The notes under the pieces were generated by a model, which worked only from the letters and a program-made list of their open reading frames with translations, was not told where the DNA came from and searched no databases. 64,000 bases of DNA from Camelus ferus. Its lineage: Eukaryota. This document shows positions 62,776 to 64,000 of the stretch, in pieces (positions within the stretch are counted from its first letter, which is position 1; each line of letters starts with the position of its first letter). The stretch is from positions 73,782,001 through 73,846,000 of the forward strand of contig NC_045696.1 in the NCBI RefSeq assembly GCF_009834535.1. The letters run 5' to 3'. The translations under genes were made by a program, and so were the position numbers.

Positions 62776-64000
62776 CTGACATTGTCATTTTACAGCGAGG
62801 GTCTCAACCATAAGAAAAAGATGTTAATGTTATATGTAGTAACTAGGGGTTTTTTTTTAAATCACCAATAAAGATCCTTAGTTCAAACTCCCTGAAGGTA
62901 AGAAACATGTTCCCAAAGTACCGGGAAAAGAGCTCTCCATAAGTCCTCAGTGAAAGTTGCTGAGTACAGACTTCTTTCTAGGAACACTTTGTTGAGAGGT
63001 CAATCAAACTCATCCCTCTCCTGAGATGGCTAATAGGAGCATAATTAGTACCCATTTGTTCATGTGGAATCATGGATCACCAACTTTGGTTTTATCCATT
63101 TTCTTGAGTTGGTATCAAAAGAAATCATCTCTAACGATTCACTGGCACTGCAGTCAAAGCACCACACACGTGAACAACCAGTATACGAACTGCCCCATCG
63201 TGACTGCCTCTGTGTGTTGCATTGTACATCTGCTTTGTACCAGAAGTCTTTTGAATACCTTGTGCCACTGTGACATTTTTGTGACAAGATGCAAAAGATT
63301 AGGGCAAAATAAGAACGAAACAGGAGTTATTGTTGTCTTAGGAAATATCATGTATTAAGGGTTGGTTATATGAGAAACTATAGTACAAAAAGTTGAAGAA
63401 TGCAATTAACTTAAATGAAATTCAGTTAACAAATGGAATGAATGAATAAGTGAGTAAATGGACACATAGATGCTTAATATAAAAATCTATGTGTCTGGTA
63501 TAATTCCTAGATCTCAGCAATCCTGTCCCCGTTCTTATCTCTGCATTGGCATCACGTGTAAACTCCACGTTCGCACATTTTAAAAGGCTGCATACTTGCT
63601 CTTTTGTCTGTATCACCAGAGGAAGAACTGGCCTGCGTTTCATTGACTACTAAAAAAGTACCGAGGAAAATTTGATTTGCGAAAATTGCTTTCACCCAAT
63701 TTATTTATTTATTTGTTCTCTCTTCTTTTGGTCAATTATTCATTTTTCTCAATTGTATAAAAGGTGCTAGGCTCTGGAAATAACTGGGGGAAAAGTGCAG
63801 CGCTTGACTTACAGTCCTAAAGCTTCAGTGGGGACTTGGTTATAAAGAGTTTTATTAAAATAATGACTTAATCACAAGTGAGTTGGAAATCCTGATGTCA
63901 AAGTCCGAGTTAATTGCCAGAAAGGGAAAATTTTGTGTTGTCCTGTTTAATAGGCTGCTATTTCACTGAGGCCGCTGAAGCTGGTGTGGTCAAACATGGA

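Noticed and set aside
196..63643. ORF-track entries as host protein-coding genes
   Set aside because: All are short (up to 171 aa), many lie in microsatellites or TEs, and none resembles a known host protein or forms a consistent exon chain. The recognisable ones are L1 ORF1/ORF2 relics.

Overview
AT-rich mammalian non-coding DNA (intergenic or intronic), most likely from a camelid. Three tRNA-derived SINEs match the camelid vic-1 type, and I see no Alu, Bov-tA/A2, CHR, PRE1 or CanSINE copies. A large part of the window is interspersed repeat: old and young L1, L2, MIR, hAT and Tigger DNA transposons, and ERV1/ERVL/MaLR solo LTRs. No protein-coding gene can be supported; the only ORFs in the track with recognisable homology are L1 ORF1/ORF2 relics. 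I did not find a demonstrable new biological system. The best leads are: (i) an unrecognised 133-bp TIR-bounded MITE-like insert; (ii) a polyadenylated non-TE retrocopy carrying antisense L1 pieces; (iii) a MER41-like LTR whose GAS site has STAT6-type spacing, about 3 kb from a dense IRF/ISRE cluster and a CTCF motif; (iv) a speculative hAT TTF-zinc-finger-like reading frame near the right end; (v) a 150-bp local duplication and a tail-to-tail L1 junction implying a deletion. Repeat family names come from recalled consensus sequences, not a search, and boundaries without TSDs are approximate (tens of bp).
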